Source: an archaeon (GTDB lineage Archaea > Thermoproteota > Nitrososphaeria > Nitrososphaerales > Gagatemarchaeaceae). From it: 64,000 nucleotides of DNA. Of the stretch, positions 24,152 through 34,369 are shown piece after piece. The position numbers and the translations under genes were made by a program. How positions within the stretch are numbered: the first letter of the stretch is position 1; the number at the start of each line of letters is the position of its first letter. The DNA lies in assembly GCA_016432545.1 (NCBI GenBank), contig CP066694.1, forward strand, positions 1,307,206 through 1,371,205, written 5' to 3'. The notes beneath the pieces are model-generated. The model saw only the letters and a program-made list of their open reading frames with translations. It was not told the origin of the DNA and searched no databases.

Positions 24152-25858
24152 TCAGCCTCCGAAGTATTCCTTCACAGAGCGGCTCCTTGTCGCCAGCTTC
24201 CTCGCCTTCTCCAGGTGTTCGTCCTCGAGCCGCTTGAAGGGTATCTCCGGCTTGGAAGCCACCTTGAACCCCCGCGGGATCTTCCGGATGTCCTCCCAGC
24301 CCGCTTCAGGCGTCCCTAGGGTTGCAAGTATCTTTCGAGAAGACCCGGGCAGGAATGGCTGGAGGAGAATCGCAAGCTTCCTGCTAACTTCGAGGCACGA
24401 ATAGATCACCTGCTCGCATGCCTCCTTGTCTTCCTTGATTAGCTTCCAGGGTTGACTCCGCTGAAAGAACCCGTTCCCCAGGTCTGCGATTGCGAGGATT
24501 TTCGACATCGCATCCCTGATGTCGACCTGGTCCATCAGCCGACCGACCTCGTCGCAATTCTCCAGCGCCCTATGCATGAAGTCTGCTCCGTCGGAGGGGT
24601 TCCCACCCTTGACCTCCCCCCCGAAGTAGTTCCATGCGAACGTCGTCGTCCTATGGACGAAGTTACCGATGTTAGCCACGAGTTCGTTGTTGACCTTGCT
24701 CTGGAATTCGTCCCACTTGAACTCCGTGTCCCTCGTTTCAGGGATCAGCTGGATGAGATAGTACCTCCATACGTCGGGGTCCAGCCCCACCTCAGGGACG
24801 CTTTCACAGAAGACTCCCCAACCCCTGCTCTTCGAGATCTTGTCCCCCTCGTAGTTACAGAACTGCATCCCCACTACATCGTAGGGAAGGTCGATACCTC
24901 CGTGGGCCATCAGCATCCCGGGCCAGAAGATGGTGTGGAATGGTATGTTGTCCTTGCCGAGGAAGTTGTAGATCTTCACGTCCCCTTCCAGCCAGAACTT
25001 CTTCCACTCGTTGGGCTTCCCCTTACCTTCGGCCCACTCCTTGGTCGAGGAGATGTACCCGATGGGCGCGTCGAACCACACGTAGAAGACCTTGTCCCTG
25101 TACCCTTCGATGGGGACCGGGACCCCCCATCTCAGGTCTCTAGTGATTGACCGCTTCTTGAGCCCCTCCTTGATCCAACCCAGGGCGAGGGACGTCACCT
25201 GGCTCTTCCACTCCTTCTTGGACCTGATCCAGCGCTGCAGCTCCCCCTGCACCTTCCCAAGCTCGAGAAACAGCTGCTTGCTGTCCTTGAAGACCGGAAC
25301 GCTGCCGTCAACCTTGCACTTGGGGTCGATCAGCTGGATTGGGTCGAGGAGTGTCGAGCAATTCTCGCACTGATCCCCTCTTGCGAACTTGTATCCACAA
25401 ACGGGGCAGGTCCCCTGTACGTACCTGTCGGGGAGGAATATCCTGTCCTTCTCGCAGTACGGCAGGCGGAGTACTCCCTCGCTTACGTAACCATTCTTGT
25501 GGATCTTGAGGAAGAACTCCTGGGTGGTCCTGTGGTGGATCTCCCTCGAAGTCCTGGAGAAGTTGTCGTAGGAAATCTCGAACCAAGAGTAGATTCCCTT
25601 CTGCACTTCGAAGAGGACGTCAGTCAGCTGCCTTGGTGTAATCCCTAGCTCAAGGGCGGCGACCTCGGTGGGGGTCCCGTTCTCGTCCGTCCCTCCTATG
25701 AACACAGTCTCGAGGCCCCTGAGCCTGCAGTACCTCGCGAAGATGTCGGCAGGCAGGTGGGAACCGACCAAGTTCCCCACGTGGGGGACGGCGTTCGTGT
25801 ATGGGAGGGCGCAGAGGACGAGCACCCGCCCGCTCTTGGGTCGCGATCGCGGAGCCAC
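24152..25858 (-). CDS. metG: Methionyl-tRNA synthetase
   Basis: ALPYTN..PHVGN; YVWFDA; KISKS. Confidence 0.95.
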   Translation of the reverse strand: MAPRSRPKSGRVLVLCALPYTNAVPHVGNLVGSHLPADIFARYCRLRGLETVFIGGTDENGTPTEVAALELGITPRQLTDVLFEVQKGIYSWFEISYDNFSRTSREIHHRTTQEFFLKIHKNGYVSEGVLRLPYCEKDRIFLPDRYVQGTCPVCGYKFARGDQCENCSTLLDPIQLIDPKCKVDGSVPVFKDSKQLFLELGKVQGELQRWIRSKKEWKSQVTSLALGWIKEGLKKRSITRDLRWGVPVPIEGYRDKVFYVWFDAPIGYISSTKEWAEGKGKPNEWKKFWLEGDVKIYNFLGKDNIPFHTIFWPGMLMAHGGIDLPYDVVGMQFCNYEGDKISKSRGWGVFCESVPEVGLDPDVWRYYLIQLIPETRDTEFKWDEFQSKVNNELVANIGNFVHRTTTFAWNYFGGEVKGGNPSDGADFMHRALENCDEVGRLMDQVDIRDAMSKILAIADLGNGFFQRSQPWKLIKEDKEACEQVIYSCLEVSRKLAILLQPFLPGSSRKILATLGTPEAGWEDIRKIPRGFKVASKPEIPFKRLEDEHLEKARKLATRSRSVKEYFGG

Positions 25859-25898
25859 TTCTGACTGCGAGCGTCAATCTTTCAGTATAAACCTTGAC

Positions 25899-27131
25899 TC
25901 AGGTTTCCCAGCTTTTGGCGTACATCCTCTGCGCCTCGGTCTGGGCCCCGATTCTGACCCCCATCGACTCGAGAGCTGCCCTGGCGACCTCGTCCTCCAC
26001 TTCGGCCGGGACCCCGTAGACCGTCTTCTCCATCTTTCCATGGTCCGTGCGGATCCGAAGGGCAGCCAGGAACTGGTTGGCGAACGACATCTGCATGACC
26101 TCCGGCGGGTGCCCCTCTGCAGCTACCAGGTTGGCAATCCTGCCTTTCCCCACGAGGTACACCTTCTTCCCACCCGGGAGCACCACCTCGTCCACGTGGG
26201 GGCGGACCTCTCTGACCGACTTTGCCTTCGAGAGGAGCGTCTTCACCTCGATCTCGACGTCAAAGTGCCCTGCGTTGGCCAGTATCGCTCCTTCCTTCAT
26301 CGCCAGGATCGCGCTGTAAGGAATCACGTTCTTCTGACCCGTCGCTGTCACGAAGAGCCTCCCTCGCCCCGCCGCTCCCAGCATGTCTGTCACCTCAAAC
26401 CCGTCCAGGTGAGCCTCGAGCGCCTTGACCGGGTCCACCTCCACGACCGTGACCCTCCCGCCCATCCCCCTGGCGCGCATCGCGACCCCCTTCCCGACCC
26501 ACCCGTATCCGACCACGACTACGCTCATCCCGGCCAGCAACAGTGCAGTGGCCCTCATGATCCCGTCCAGGGTGCTCTGGCCAGTCCCATACCTGTTGTC
26601 GAAGAGGAACTTGGTCTTCGCGTCGTTGACCGCAATGACAGGGTACTTCAGCCGCCCTTCAGCCTCGAGGGCCTTCAGCCTGACGACCCCGGTCGTCGTC
26701 TCCTCCGACCCCCCGACAATCCCCTTCGCACCACGCCCGTGGGCCGCCACGTGCAGGTCCGCCCCGTCGTCGACGAGCTGGGTCGGTCTAAAGGAGAGGA
26801 CCTTCCCCAGGCACCAGTCGTACTCCTTGGCAGTCTGCCCTCTCCATGCCCAGACCTCAGTCCTGGTCGCCAGGTAGGCCGCTATGTCGTCCTGCGTGGA
26901 AAGGGGGTTCGCGCCTGCAAGACTGACCTCGGCTCCGGCCGAGAGGAGTGTATCAACCAGGACAGAGGTCTCCTTGGTCACGTGCAGGCAGACGCCGAGC
27001 CTTACTCCGGCCAGGGGTTTCTTCTTCGAATGCCTCTCGGCCAGACCCGTAAGCGCTCCCATGTGGGCTTTCGCCCACTTGAAGTTCTTCTCGCCTTCGG
27101 CCGCGAGCTTTGGGTCTGCTATCTTCGTCAA
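25899..27131 (-). CDS. ahcY: S-adenosylhomocysteine hydrolase
   Basis: EETTTGV; FDNRYGTGQS; GHPPEVM. Confidence 0.95.
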   Translation of the reverse strand: MTKIADPKLAAEGEKNFKWAKAHMGALTGLAERHSKKKPLAGVRLGVCLHVTKETSVLVDTLLSAGAEVSLAGANPLSTQDDIAAYLATRTEVWAWRGQTAKEYDWCLGKVLSFRPTQLVDDGADLHVAAHGRGAKGIVGGSEETTTGVVRLKALEAEGRLKYPVIAVNDAKTKFLFDNRYGTGQSTLDGIMRATALLLAGMSVVVVGYGWVGKGVAMRARGMGGRVTVVEVDPVKALEAHLDGFEVTDMLGAAGRGRLFVTATGQKNVIPYSAILAMKEGAILANAGHFDVEIEVKTLLSKAKSVREVRPHVDEVVLPGGKKVYLVGKGRIANLVAAEGHPPEVMQMSFANQFLAALRIRTDHGKMEKTVYGVPAEVEDEVARAALESMGVRIGAQTEAQRMYAKSWET

Positions 27132-27184
27132 CCTAACTACCCCGCAGACTCATCTGCTTTATCGTTGCTCCTTCAGGTCGCTCG

Positions 27185-27721
27185 CTACTCTTTGTCATAC
27201 TTCGCGAGCGAGTAGACCTCATACCCCTCGAGCTTCTCCCTCCCCTTCAGGTACGTAAGCTCGGTCACGAAGGCGAATCCCACGACCTTTCCGCCCATCC
27301 TCTCGACGAGCTTTGCTGCGGCCCGAGCGGTGCCTCCGGTCGCGAGCAGGTCGTCCACCACGAGCACCTTCTCTCCCTTCGATATGGCATCGGAGTGGAC
27401 TTCAAGCCCCTGTCGGCCGTACTCCAGCTCGTAGTTCATGCTGACCTTCTTCCCTGGTAGCTTGCCCACCTTCCTCGCGGGGACGAACCCTACCCCCATT
27501 CGGTCCGCAAGCGGAGCTCCGACGATGAACCCCCTCGCTTCTATCCCGACGACCTTATCGACTCTCTTCCCCTTCCACCGGTCCTCGAGGGCCTTCGTGA
27601 CCCTTCTCGAGAGCTTCGCGTCCTTCCAGAGCGTCGTCAGGTCCTTGAACGAGACGCCCTTCTTGGGATAGTCAGGGATGTTCCTCACTGCGGCCCTGAC
27701 CTCTCGGTCGAGGTCCGCCAA
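27185..27721 (-). CDS. apt: Adenine phosphoribosyltransferase
   Basis: GIEARGF; VDDLLATGGT. Confidence 0.95.
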   Translation of the reverse strand: MADLDREVRAAVRNIPDYPKKGVSFKDLTTLWKDAKLSRRVTKALEDRWKGKRVDKVVGIEARGFIVGAPLADRMGVGFVPARKVGKLPGKKVSMNYELEYGRQGLEVHSDAISKGEKVLVVDDLLATGGTARAAAKLVERMGGKVVGFAFVTELTYLKGREKLEGYEVYSLAKYDKE

Positions 27722-28528
27722 TCAGGCGCTCAGCCTCGCGTGTTTCAGGGCGGCCTTGCAGTCGCACCCTCGCTCCTCCGGGAGTCCTTTCGCCACCTCG
27801 GATATCAGGCCCCTGAGCCTCTCAATGTTCTGATTGAAGACCCTGACGACTTCCTCGTGAGAAACGGGCGCCGCCTCCGGGTCTCCCTCCAGGCCTGCGT
27901 CGTAGTCCGTCGCAAGAGACACGTTGAGGTAGCAGAGCTCGAGCTCCCTGGCGAGCACGACCTCCGGGTACTGGGTCATGTTGACCACGTCCCAGCCCTG
28001 CTTCGAGAAGAACCTGCTCTCCGCCTTGGTCGAGAACCTCGGTCCTTCGATGACCACGACCGTCCCCTTCTCATGGAACTTCAGGCCCAATTTCTTTGCG
28101 GCCGCCACAGCCACACTCCTCATCTCTGGGCAGTAGGGCTCGGCCATCCCGACGTGGGTCGTCTCCGGCCCATCGTAGAAGGTCCCGACCCTGCCCGAGG
28201 TGAAGTTCACGAACTGGTCGCAGAAGACAAAGTCGCCCGGCTTGATCTCAGCTCTCAGGCTCCCCACTGCGGTCGGCGCGATTACCCTCTGAACCCCGAG
28301 CTGGCTGAACGCGCTGACATTGGCCAAGTAGGGGACCTTGTGCGGAGGGAACTCGTGCCTGACCCCGTGCCGAGGCAGGAAGGCGACCTCTCTCCCTCCC
28401 AAACTCGAGATAGCGACCTTCGCGCTTGGCGCCCCATACTTCGTCCTCACCGTTACCTGTTCCGAGTCTCCGAAGAGCCTGTAGAAGCCTGAACCGCCAA
28501 AGACGCCGACCTCCGCCCTCGGCTTCAC
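27722..28528 (-). CDS. mtaP: S-methyl-5'-thioadenosine phosphorylase
   Basis: GGSG; RHG; EGPRFSTKAES; NMT; TDYD. Confidence 0.93.
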   Translation of the reverse strand: MKPRAEVGVFGGSGFYRLFGDSEQVTVRTKYGAPSAKVAISSLGGREVAFLPRHGVRHEFPPHKVPYLANVSAFSQLGVQRVIAPTAVGSLRAEIKPGDFVFCDQFVNFTSGRVGTFYDGPETTHVGMAEPYCPEMRSVAVAAAKKLGLKFHEKGTVVVIEGPRFSTKAESRFFSKQGWDVVNMTQYPEVVLARELELCYLNVSLATDYDAGLEGDPEAAPVSHEEVVRVFNQNIERLRGLISEVAKGLPEERGCDCKAALKHARLSA

Positions 28529-28614
28529 AGTCCGCCCTCGCCAGTTTCCGATTTAATCTTTGGGACCTCTGGGCCCCAATAGTTTGAAATACCCTATCGG
28601 TATTTTTTCTCTTC

Positions 28615-29031
28615 ATGGCGCGATCATACGAGGAACTCCTCACGAGGGCCAGGTCTGGAGTCGCAAAGGACACCAAGAAGTCCGGCGCCCTCCGCCTCGA
28701 GCTCCCAGAAGCCGACGTGATCTGGGTTGGCAACAAGACGATCTTCCGCAACTACGCTGAGTTCCCCAAGCTTCTTCGGAGGGAGTCGCCCCGCGTCCTG
28801 ATGTACCTCGCCAAGGAGCTCGCGACGGCCGCCTCGGTTGATGGAGACAGGGCCATCTTCATAGGGAGGAAGGACCGGGACTCGTTCTCGCAGCTCCTCC
28901 AGCGGTATCTCAAGGACGGGGTCATCTGCCCGGTTTGCGGGAGCCCCGACACGCACCTCGACAAGGAAAAGAGGATGTGGTTCATGGTCTGCGAGGCCTG
29001 CGGTGCCCGCTCCGTCGCCAAAGTGGCGTAG
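28615..29031 (+). CDS. eif2b: Translation initiation factor 2 subunit beta
   Basis: CPVCGSPDT...CEACGA Zn ribbon. Confidence 0.93.
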   Translation: MARSYEELLTRARSGVAKDTKKSGALRLELPEADVIWVGNKTIFRNYAEFPKLLRRESPRVLMYLAKELATAASVDGDRAIFIGRKDRDSFSQLLQRYLKDGVICPVCGSPDTHLDKEKRMWFMVCEACGARSVAKVA

Positions 29032-29032
29032 G

Positions 29033-29344
29033 ATGGACCACAAGGGCTTCTCGGTCAGGACGGCTGCCTTCCAGGGGAGGGTCCTGGTCAACATCTGCGA
29101 CGAGGAACTCGTAGGCAAGGTCGTCGAGGAGGGGAAGCTCAAGGTCCACCTGTCCAAGGAGTTCTATTCCGGCGAAGTCGTCGAGAAGGGCGAGGCTCTC
29201 AGGCTCATCCGCACTTGCTCCGTGGTGAACCTTGCAGGTGAGAGGTCGGTCTCGCTCGCAGTAGAGAACGAAATCGGGACCCCAGAGGCGATCCGTGAGA
29301 TCGAAGACGTGCCGTTCCTGATGATCTACAAGTTCTCCGGCTAG
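29033..29344 (+). CDS. DUF424 family protein
   Basis: NICDEELVGK...FYSG...NLAGER. Confidence 0.85.
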   Translation: MDHKGFSVRTAAFQGRVLVNICDEELVGKVVEEGKLKVHLSKEFYSGEVVEKGEALRLIRTCSVVNLAGERSVSLAVENEIGTPEAIREIEDVPFLMIYKFSG

Positions 29345-30411
29345 GCGTCCCTGAACTTCTTCAGCAGCTCCTTCTGTGCCGAGCTCAGGCTCTTGGGAAC
29401 CTCGACGTCCACCTTCACGTACTGGTCCCCTTTCCCCCACGACCCGTTCTTGGGGAGGCCCTTTCCCTTGACCTTGAACACGGTCCCCGGCTGCGTCCCA
29501 TGAGGGACCGTGAGCTTCAACGCACCATATAGCGTCGGCACTTCGAGCTCAGTCCCAGTCATCGCGTCCACGACCCCCACCTTAGTCTCAAGGTAGATGT
29601 CGCTCTCCCTCCGCCCGAAGACCTTGTGCGGCGCCACGTTGACGACCACGTACAGGTCTCCGGGAGGTTCCCCGTTCTCTCCTGCGTTGCCCTCGCCCCT
29701 CAGGCGGAGGGTCTGCCCATCCTCTACTCCCCCGGGGATCATCACCCTGATCTTCCTCTGCCTTTCGACCGTCCCCCTTCCCTGGCACGCGCCGCAGGGC
29801 GAGTCGATCACGTATCCCCTTCCTGCGCAGGTCCCGCACGCCGATATCCTCACCATCCTGGCGAACCCTGAGGACTGGACCCTCTGGACCTGACCCGTCC
29901 CGCCGCAAGTCTGACAAGCACTGGGGCTCGTCCCGGCCTTGGCCCCGCTGCCCTTGCAGGTCCCGCACACCTCCTCCCTTGGGACGTCTATCTCCTTCGC
30001 AAGGTCTCCGACGACGTCCTCCAACCCCACGTTGAGATGGTAGGTCAGGTCCTCCCCGCGGCTCGCCCTCCGGGGCCCTCCCCCGCCGAAGAACTGGGCG
30101 AAGAGGTCGTCAAAGCCCCCAAACCCCGACCCCCTGAAGAACTCCCCGAAGTCCGCCCCCCTGAAGATGTCCTCCTGCGAGTACCTCCTGTAGACTCCTT
30201 CCCGTCCATAGGCATCGTACTGCTTTCTCTTCTCATCGTCAGAGAGGACCGCGTACGCCTCTGAGACTTCCTTGAACCGGGCCTCCGCCTCGGGCGACTT
30301 GTTCCTGTCAGGGTGGAATTCGAGAGCCAGCTTCCTATAGGCGTCCTTGACCTGCTGCTTGGTCGCTCCCTTCTGGACCCCCAGAACCTTGTAGTAGTCC
30401 TTCTCCGCCAC
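29341..30411 (-). CDS. dnaJ: Chaperone DnaJ
   Basis: HPD J-domain; four CxxCxGxG repeats. Confidence 0.95.
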   Translation of the reverse strand: MAEKDYYKVLGVQKGATKQQVKDAYRKLALEFHPDRNKSPEAEARFKEVSEAYAVLSDDEKRKQYDAYGREGVYRRYSQEDIFRGADFGEFFRGSGFGGFDDLFAQFFGGGGPRRASRGEDLTYHLNVGLEDVVGDLAKEIDVPREEVCGTCKGSGAKAGTSPSACQTCGGTGQVQRVQSSGFARMVRISACGTCAGRGYVIDSPCGACQGRGTVERQRKIRVMIPGGVEDGQTLRLRGEGNAGENGEPPGDLYVVVNVAPHKVFGRRESDIYLETKVGVVDAMTGTELEVPTLYGALKLTVPHGTQPGTVFKVKGKGLPKNGSWGKGDQYVKVDVEVPKSLSSAQKELLKKFRDA

Positions 30412-30423
30412 GACGTCCCTCTC

Positions 30424-32283
30424 CTACTTGCCTTCGTCGACTACCTTGTAGTCAGCGTCCTTCACCTCGGCCCCGTCGCCCGCCCCCGCCTGCGCTCCCG
30501 GAGCCTGACCCTGGGGCTGCTGCTGCGCCTGCTGGTACAACGAAGCGCCCACCTCCTGAAGGATTTTCTTGAGCGCCTCGTTCTTCTCCCTAAGGACGGC
30601 AGGGTCCTTCCCCTCCATGGCCTTCCTCAGCTCTGCTGCCGCGGCGTCGACCCTGTCCAGGCTTCCCTTATCCACCTTGCCCTCCAGGTCCCTCTTGGTC
30701 CTCTCCGTGGTGTAAAGTATCGAGTCCGCTTCGTTCCTCAGCTCCGCCTCCTCCTTCTTCTTCTTGTCCTGTTCTGCGAACGACTCGGCGTCCTTCACGA
30801 GTCTCTCTTTCTCCTCCTTCGACAGCTTGGTCGACGCCGTGATTGCGATCTTGTTCTCCTTCCCGGTCCCGGTGTCCTTCGCGGCCACCGTCAGGATCCC
30901 GTTGGCGTCTATGTCGAAGGTCACTTCGATCTGAGGCACTCCTCTCGGGGAGGGCGGAATCCCCGCGAGGTTGAACATCCCAAGGGAGACGTTGTCTGAC
31001 GCCATCGACCTCTCGCCCTGGACCACGTGAATCGTGACCGCAGTCTGGAAGTCGGCAGCTGTGGTGAAGACCTTGCTGCGCTTCGTCGGGATAGTCGCGT
31101 TCTTTTCGATCAGATGCTCAGTGATCCCTCCGAGCGTCTCGACCCCGAGCGAAAGGGGAGTCACGTCGAGGAGGAGGATGTCCTTGATCTCGCCTGCGAG
31201 CACGGCGCCCTGAATCGCCGCCCCGATCGCGACCGCCTCCATCGGGTCGACACCCCTCTCCGCCTGCTTGCCAGCCACGTCCTCCACGAACTTCCTTACG
31301 AGGGGCATCCTCGTCATGCCTCCGATCAGTATGACCTTGTCCACCTGCGACGGAGTCAGCTTCGAGTCTGACATCACCTTTCTTATCGTCTGCTCGGTCT
31401 TGGAGACTATGGGCCTGGCGACCTCCTCAAGCTTCGTCCTGGTGAGCGTGTAGTGCAGGTTCTTGGGGCCGGAGGCGTCGCTCGCGATGAACGGCAGGTC
31501 GACATCAGTAGAGGTGAGGTTCGAGAGCTCGATCTTTGCCCTCTCGGCGGCCTCCTTGAGCCTCGCCATCGCGGTCCTGTCGCCCGACAGGTCGATCCCT
31601 GTCCTCGAGCGGAACTCCTGAAGGAGCACGTTGATGACAGCGTTGTCGATGTCCGTCCCGCCGGTCTGCGTGTCCCCCGACGTCGCGAGGACCTGGAAGA
31701 CCCCCTGCCCGAACTCCATTATCGTGGCGTCGTGTGTCCCTCCCCCGAAGCTGAAGACCAGGATCTTCATCTCCTTGTCCGACTTGTCGAGCCCGTACGC
31801 AAGCGACGCCGCGGTCGGCTCGTTGATTATCCTTACCACTTCAAGGCCGGCGATCTCCCCGGCGTCCTTGGTTGATTGCCTCTGGTTGTCGTTGAAGTGC
31901 GCCGGCACGGTGATGACCGCCTTCTTGACCGGATACCCGAGGAAGACGTCGGCGTCGTGCTTGATCTTCTGAAGGATGAACGCGCTGACCTGCTCGGGCG
32001 AATACTGCTTGCCGTACGCGGTCACTTTGTAGTCTGTCCCCATCTTCCTCTTGATCTCGAAGATGGTCCCCTCCGGATTCGTCACTACCTGCCTCTTCGC
32101 GGGCTCCCCAACCAGCAGCTGCCCGTCCTGAGTGAAAGCCACCACCGACGGGAACATCTTCCCCGAGGGAGTCGCCCCCTCTGCGCTGGGTATCACCACG
32201 GGCCTTCCCGCCTCCACGACCGCAGCGGCGGAGTTGGTGGTCCCGAGGTCGATCCCTATGATCTTCTCTCTTGCGCTACTCAT
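30424..32283 (-). CDS. dnaK: Chaperone DnaK
   Basis: [27 protein letters not shown]. Confidence 0.97.
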   Translation of the reverse strand: MSSAREKIIGIDLGTTNSAAAVVEAGRPVVIPSAEGATPSGKMFPSVVAFTQDGQLLVGEPAKRQVVTNPEGTIFEIKRKMGTDYKVTAYGKQYSPEQVSAFILQKIKHDADVFLGYPVKKAVITVPAHFNDNQRQSTKDAGEIAGLEVVRIINEPTAASLAYGLDKSDKEMKILVFSFGGGTHDATIMEFGQGVFQVLATSGDTQTGGTDIDNAVINVLLQEFRSRTGIDLSGDRTAMARLKEAAERAKIELSNLTSTDVDLPFIASDASGPKNLHYTLTRTKLEEVARPIVSKTEQTIRKVMSDSKLTPSQVDKVILIGGMTRMPLVRKFVEDVAGKQAERGVDPMEAVAIGAAIQGAVLAGEIKDILLLDVTPLSLGVETLGGITEHLIEKNATIPTKRSKVFTTAADFQTAVTIHVVQGERSMASDNVSLGMFNLAGIPPSPRGVPQIEVTFDIDANGILTVAAKDTGTGKENKIAITASTKLSKEEKERLVKDAESFAEQDKKKKEEAELRNEADSILYTTERTKRDLEGKVDKGSLDRVDAAAAELRKAMEGKDPAVLREKNEALKKILQEVGASLYQQAQQQPQGQAPGAQAGAGDGAEVKDADYKVVDEGK

Positions 32284-32815
32284 CGCCCTTCGCCTCCTGC
32301 GCCGGCCTGATAGCCAATTCAACCTTTACCATGCTGGGTCTCATCAAGTGGCCTCTGAAGGTGTATCCGGGGCGCAGCTCTCCGACGACCGTGTCCTCTT
32401 CCCCCTCGCCCTGAACCTTTTCGACCGCTTCGTGAAGCTTCGGGTCGAACCGCCTCCCCACGCACTCTATCTTCTCCAGGCCCTCCGCCTCCAGCGCAGC
32501 GAAGAGGTTCCTCCTTACCATCATCAGCCCCTCGGCCAGCTCCGTCCCGGAGGACTCCCCGGCCCCGTGCTGCAGCGCCAGGTCAAGCTCGTCAGCGACG
32601 GGCAGAAGCCTGCTCACCAGGGCTCCGATCCTGCGCTCCGCGACCTCCTTCGCCTCCCTCTCAGACCTCTTCCTGAGGTTCTCGAGGTCTGCCTGGGCGT
32701 ACTTCAGCCTGCTGAGTATCTCTGAGTTCTTCGTCCTTTCTTGGGCGAGCTCGGCGCCGAGCTCCCGCTCAGCGTGAGGTCCCTCTGTGCTGGAATCGTC
32801 CTGTTCAGACAACAT
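32276..32815 (-). CDS. grpE: Nucleotide exchange factor GrpE
   Basis: [25 protein letters not shown]. Confidence 0.93.
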   Translation of the reverse strand: MLSEQDDSSTEGPHAERELGAELAQERTKNSEILSRLKYAQADLENLRKRSEREAKEVAERRIGALVSRLLPVADELDLALQHGAGESSGTELAEGLMMVRRNLFAALEAEGLEKIECVGRRFDPKLHEAVEKVQGEGEEDTVVGELRPGYTFRGHLMRPSMVKVELAIRPAQEAKGDE

Positions 32816-32823
32816 CTATCGTC

Positions 32824-32839
32824 TCCCGCCTAGGCGGGA
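32824..32839. promoter_or_regulatory. Perfect 16-bp palindrome in the grpE leader
   Basis: TCCCGCCTAGGCGGGA, 8 nt upstream of the grpE ATG. Confidence 0.5.
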
Positions 32840-32892
32840 ATCGGGTTCGCCCTCACTCCAAGGTATAAATTTTCCAAGCTTGGCGCCTGCGG

Positions 32893-33666
32893 GTGGAGTC
32901 AGACGACGAGTCCCCCAAGATGCGCGAGAGGCTCCTCAAATCGGAGCGCGACAACCGCTACCTGCGCAAGGACTCCGACCAGAGGAAGGTCATGGAGGAG
33001 GTCTTTGACAGGTCGACTCTCCTTGCGGTCGAGGAGCTCTTCGCCAGGAAGGACCTCTCCGAGCTCCACGGAGTCGTCAAGGCCGGAAAGGAGGCTAGGG
33101 TCTACCGCGGCGAAGACCCCTCGGGACGTCCGGTAGCAGTCAAGATCTACCTCGTCTCATCATCGGGCTTTCGAAAGAGGATGGGATACATTGCAGGGGA
33201 TAGGCGCTTCGGCAAGCTCCCGTCCGGCTCCCGCGAGACGATATACCTGTGGACTCGCAAGGAGTTCAAGAACCTGCAACTCGCCGAGCACGCCGGGGTC
33301 AGGGTCCCGTCCCCGCTGACCTTCCACAAGAACATCCTCCTGATGGAGTACATCGGAGTCCCGCCTGAGCCTGCCCCCACCTTCGCCGAAGCTGAGGTGG
33401 ACGAAGGGGACTACCACTGGACCTTCGAGACAATCGGCCGCCTCAGGAACGAGGCGAAGCTGGTCCACGCCGACCTCTCAGAGTTCAACGTCTTCAAGCA
33501 GCCCGACGAGAGGGTCCTATTCGACATGGGCTCCGCGGTCCTCTCCTCCCACCCTCAAGCCGAAACCTTCCTCAGGCGGGACGTCTCCAACATGGTGAGG
33601 TTCTTTAGTAAGCGCGGTCTCAAGAGCAGGGACGCTGATTACTGGATGGCAAAGATCACAGGATGA
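32893..33666 (+). CDS. rio1: RIO1 serine/threonine kinase
   Basis: GKEARVY; AVKIY; LVHADLSEFNV. Confidence 0.92.
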   Translation: MESDDESPKMRERLLKSERDNRYLRKDSDQRKVMEEVFDRSTLLAVEELFARKDLSELHGVVKAGKEARVYRGEDPSGRPVAVKIYLVSSSGFRKRMGYIAGDRRFGKLPSGSRETIYLWTRKEFKNLQLAEHAGVRVPSPLTFHKNILLMEYIGVPPEPAPTFAEAEVDEGDYHWTFETIGRLRNEAKLVHADLSEFNVFKQPDERVLFDMGSAVLSSHPQAETFLRRDVSNMVRFFSKRGLKSRDADYWMAKITG

Positions 33667-34259
33667 GCTTCGAACAGGTCGTAAGAATCCCCCTCGAGAG
33701 AGTGGGGGCGGTCATAGGACGGGAGGGGACAGGCAAGAAGTTCCTGGAGGGTGAGCTGGGAGTCACCCTCAAGGTCGACAGCAAGGAGGGCCTGGTCACC
33801 ATCCGCTCGGGGTCGGCCGACTCGGACCCCTTCGCCGCCACCAGGGTCATCGAGGCGATCGGCAGGGGCTTCTCGCCCCAGCACGCCCGGCGCCTCTTGG
33901 AGGAGGGCTCTGCCTTCGAGGTGATCGACTTGCGCGACTACGCCGGCAAGAGCGCGAACTCCCTCGAAAGGCTCAGGGGGAGGGTCATCGGGCTCAAGGG
34001 GAAGTCCAGGCGAGTGATCGAAGAGCTGACGGGATGCAACCTCTCAGTCTATGGCAGGACCGTGGCGATCGTGGGAGGAGCCAACGAGGTGCGCCTCGCT
34101 GCAGACGCGATCCGCTCCCTTGCTACAGGCAGCCAGCACAGGACAGTCTACAACACCCTCCAGAAGGCGAGGACCAAGCGCAAGATGGAGAGGATGTTCC
34201 TCTGGGAAGGTACCTCTCCCGAAACTATGGAAGAAAAACTGAGCCGGCTGGAGGGTTAG
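33663..34259 (+). CDS. KH-domain RNA-processing protein (Dim2/Pno1-like)
   Basis: IGREG; GRVIGLKGKSRRVIEELT. Confidence 0.9.
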   Translation: MSFEQVVRIPLERVGAVIGREGTGKKFLEGELGVTLKVDSKEGLVTIRSGSADSDPFAATRVIEAIGRGFSPQHARRLLEEGSAFEVIDLRDYAGKSANSLERLRGRVIGLKGKSRRVIEELTGCNLSVYGRTVAIVGGANEVRLAADAIRSLATGSQHRTVYNTLQKARTKRKMERMFLWEGTSPETMEEKLSRLEG

Positions 34260-34369
34260 ATTATATCCGCTTCATGCAGACGTGATGGCGTCGGAGGATC
34301 CTGTCGAGGTCAACGATTGCGCTCACGTACCATCATCGCAGCCGCACCCCGAATCGGAGGTGGTTCCAA

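Noticed and set aside
25668..27215. 515-aa plus-strand ORF (also 42737-43981 minus, 46573-47922 plus, 53706-54692 plus)
   Set aside because: Shadow or alternate-frame ORFs expected from high GC3 over clear housekeeping genes.
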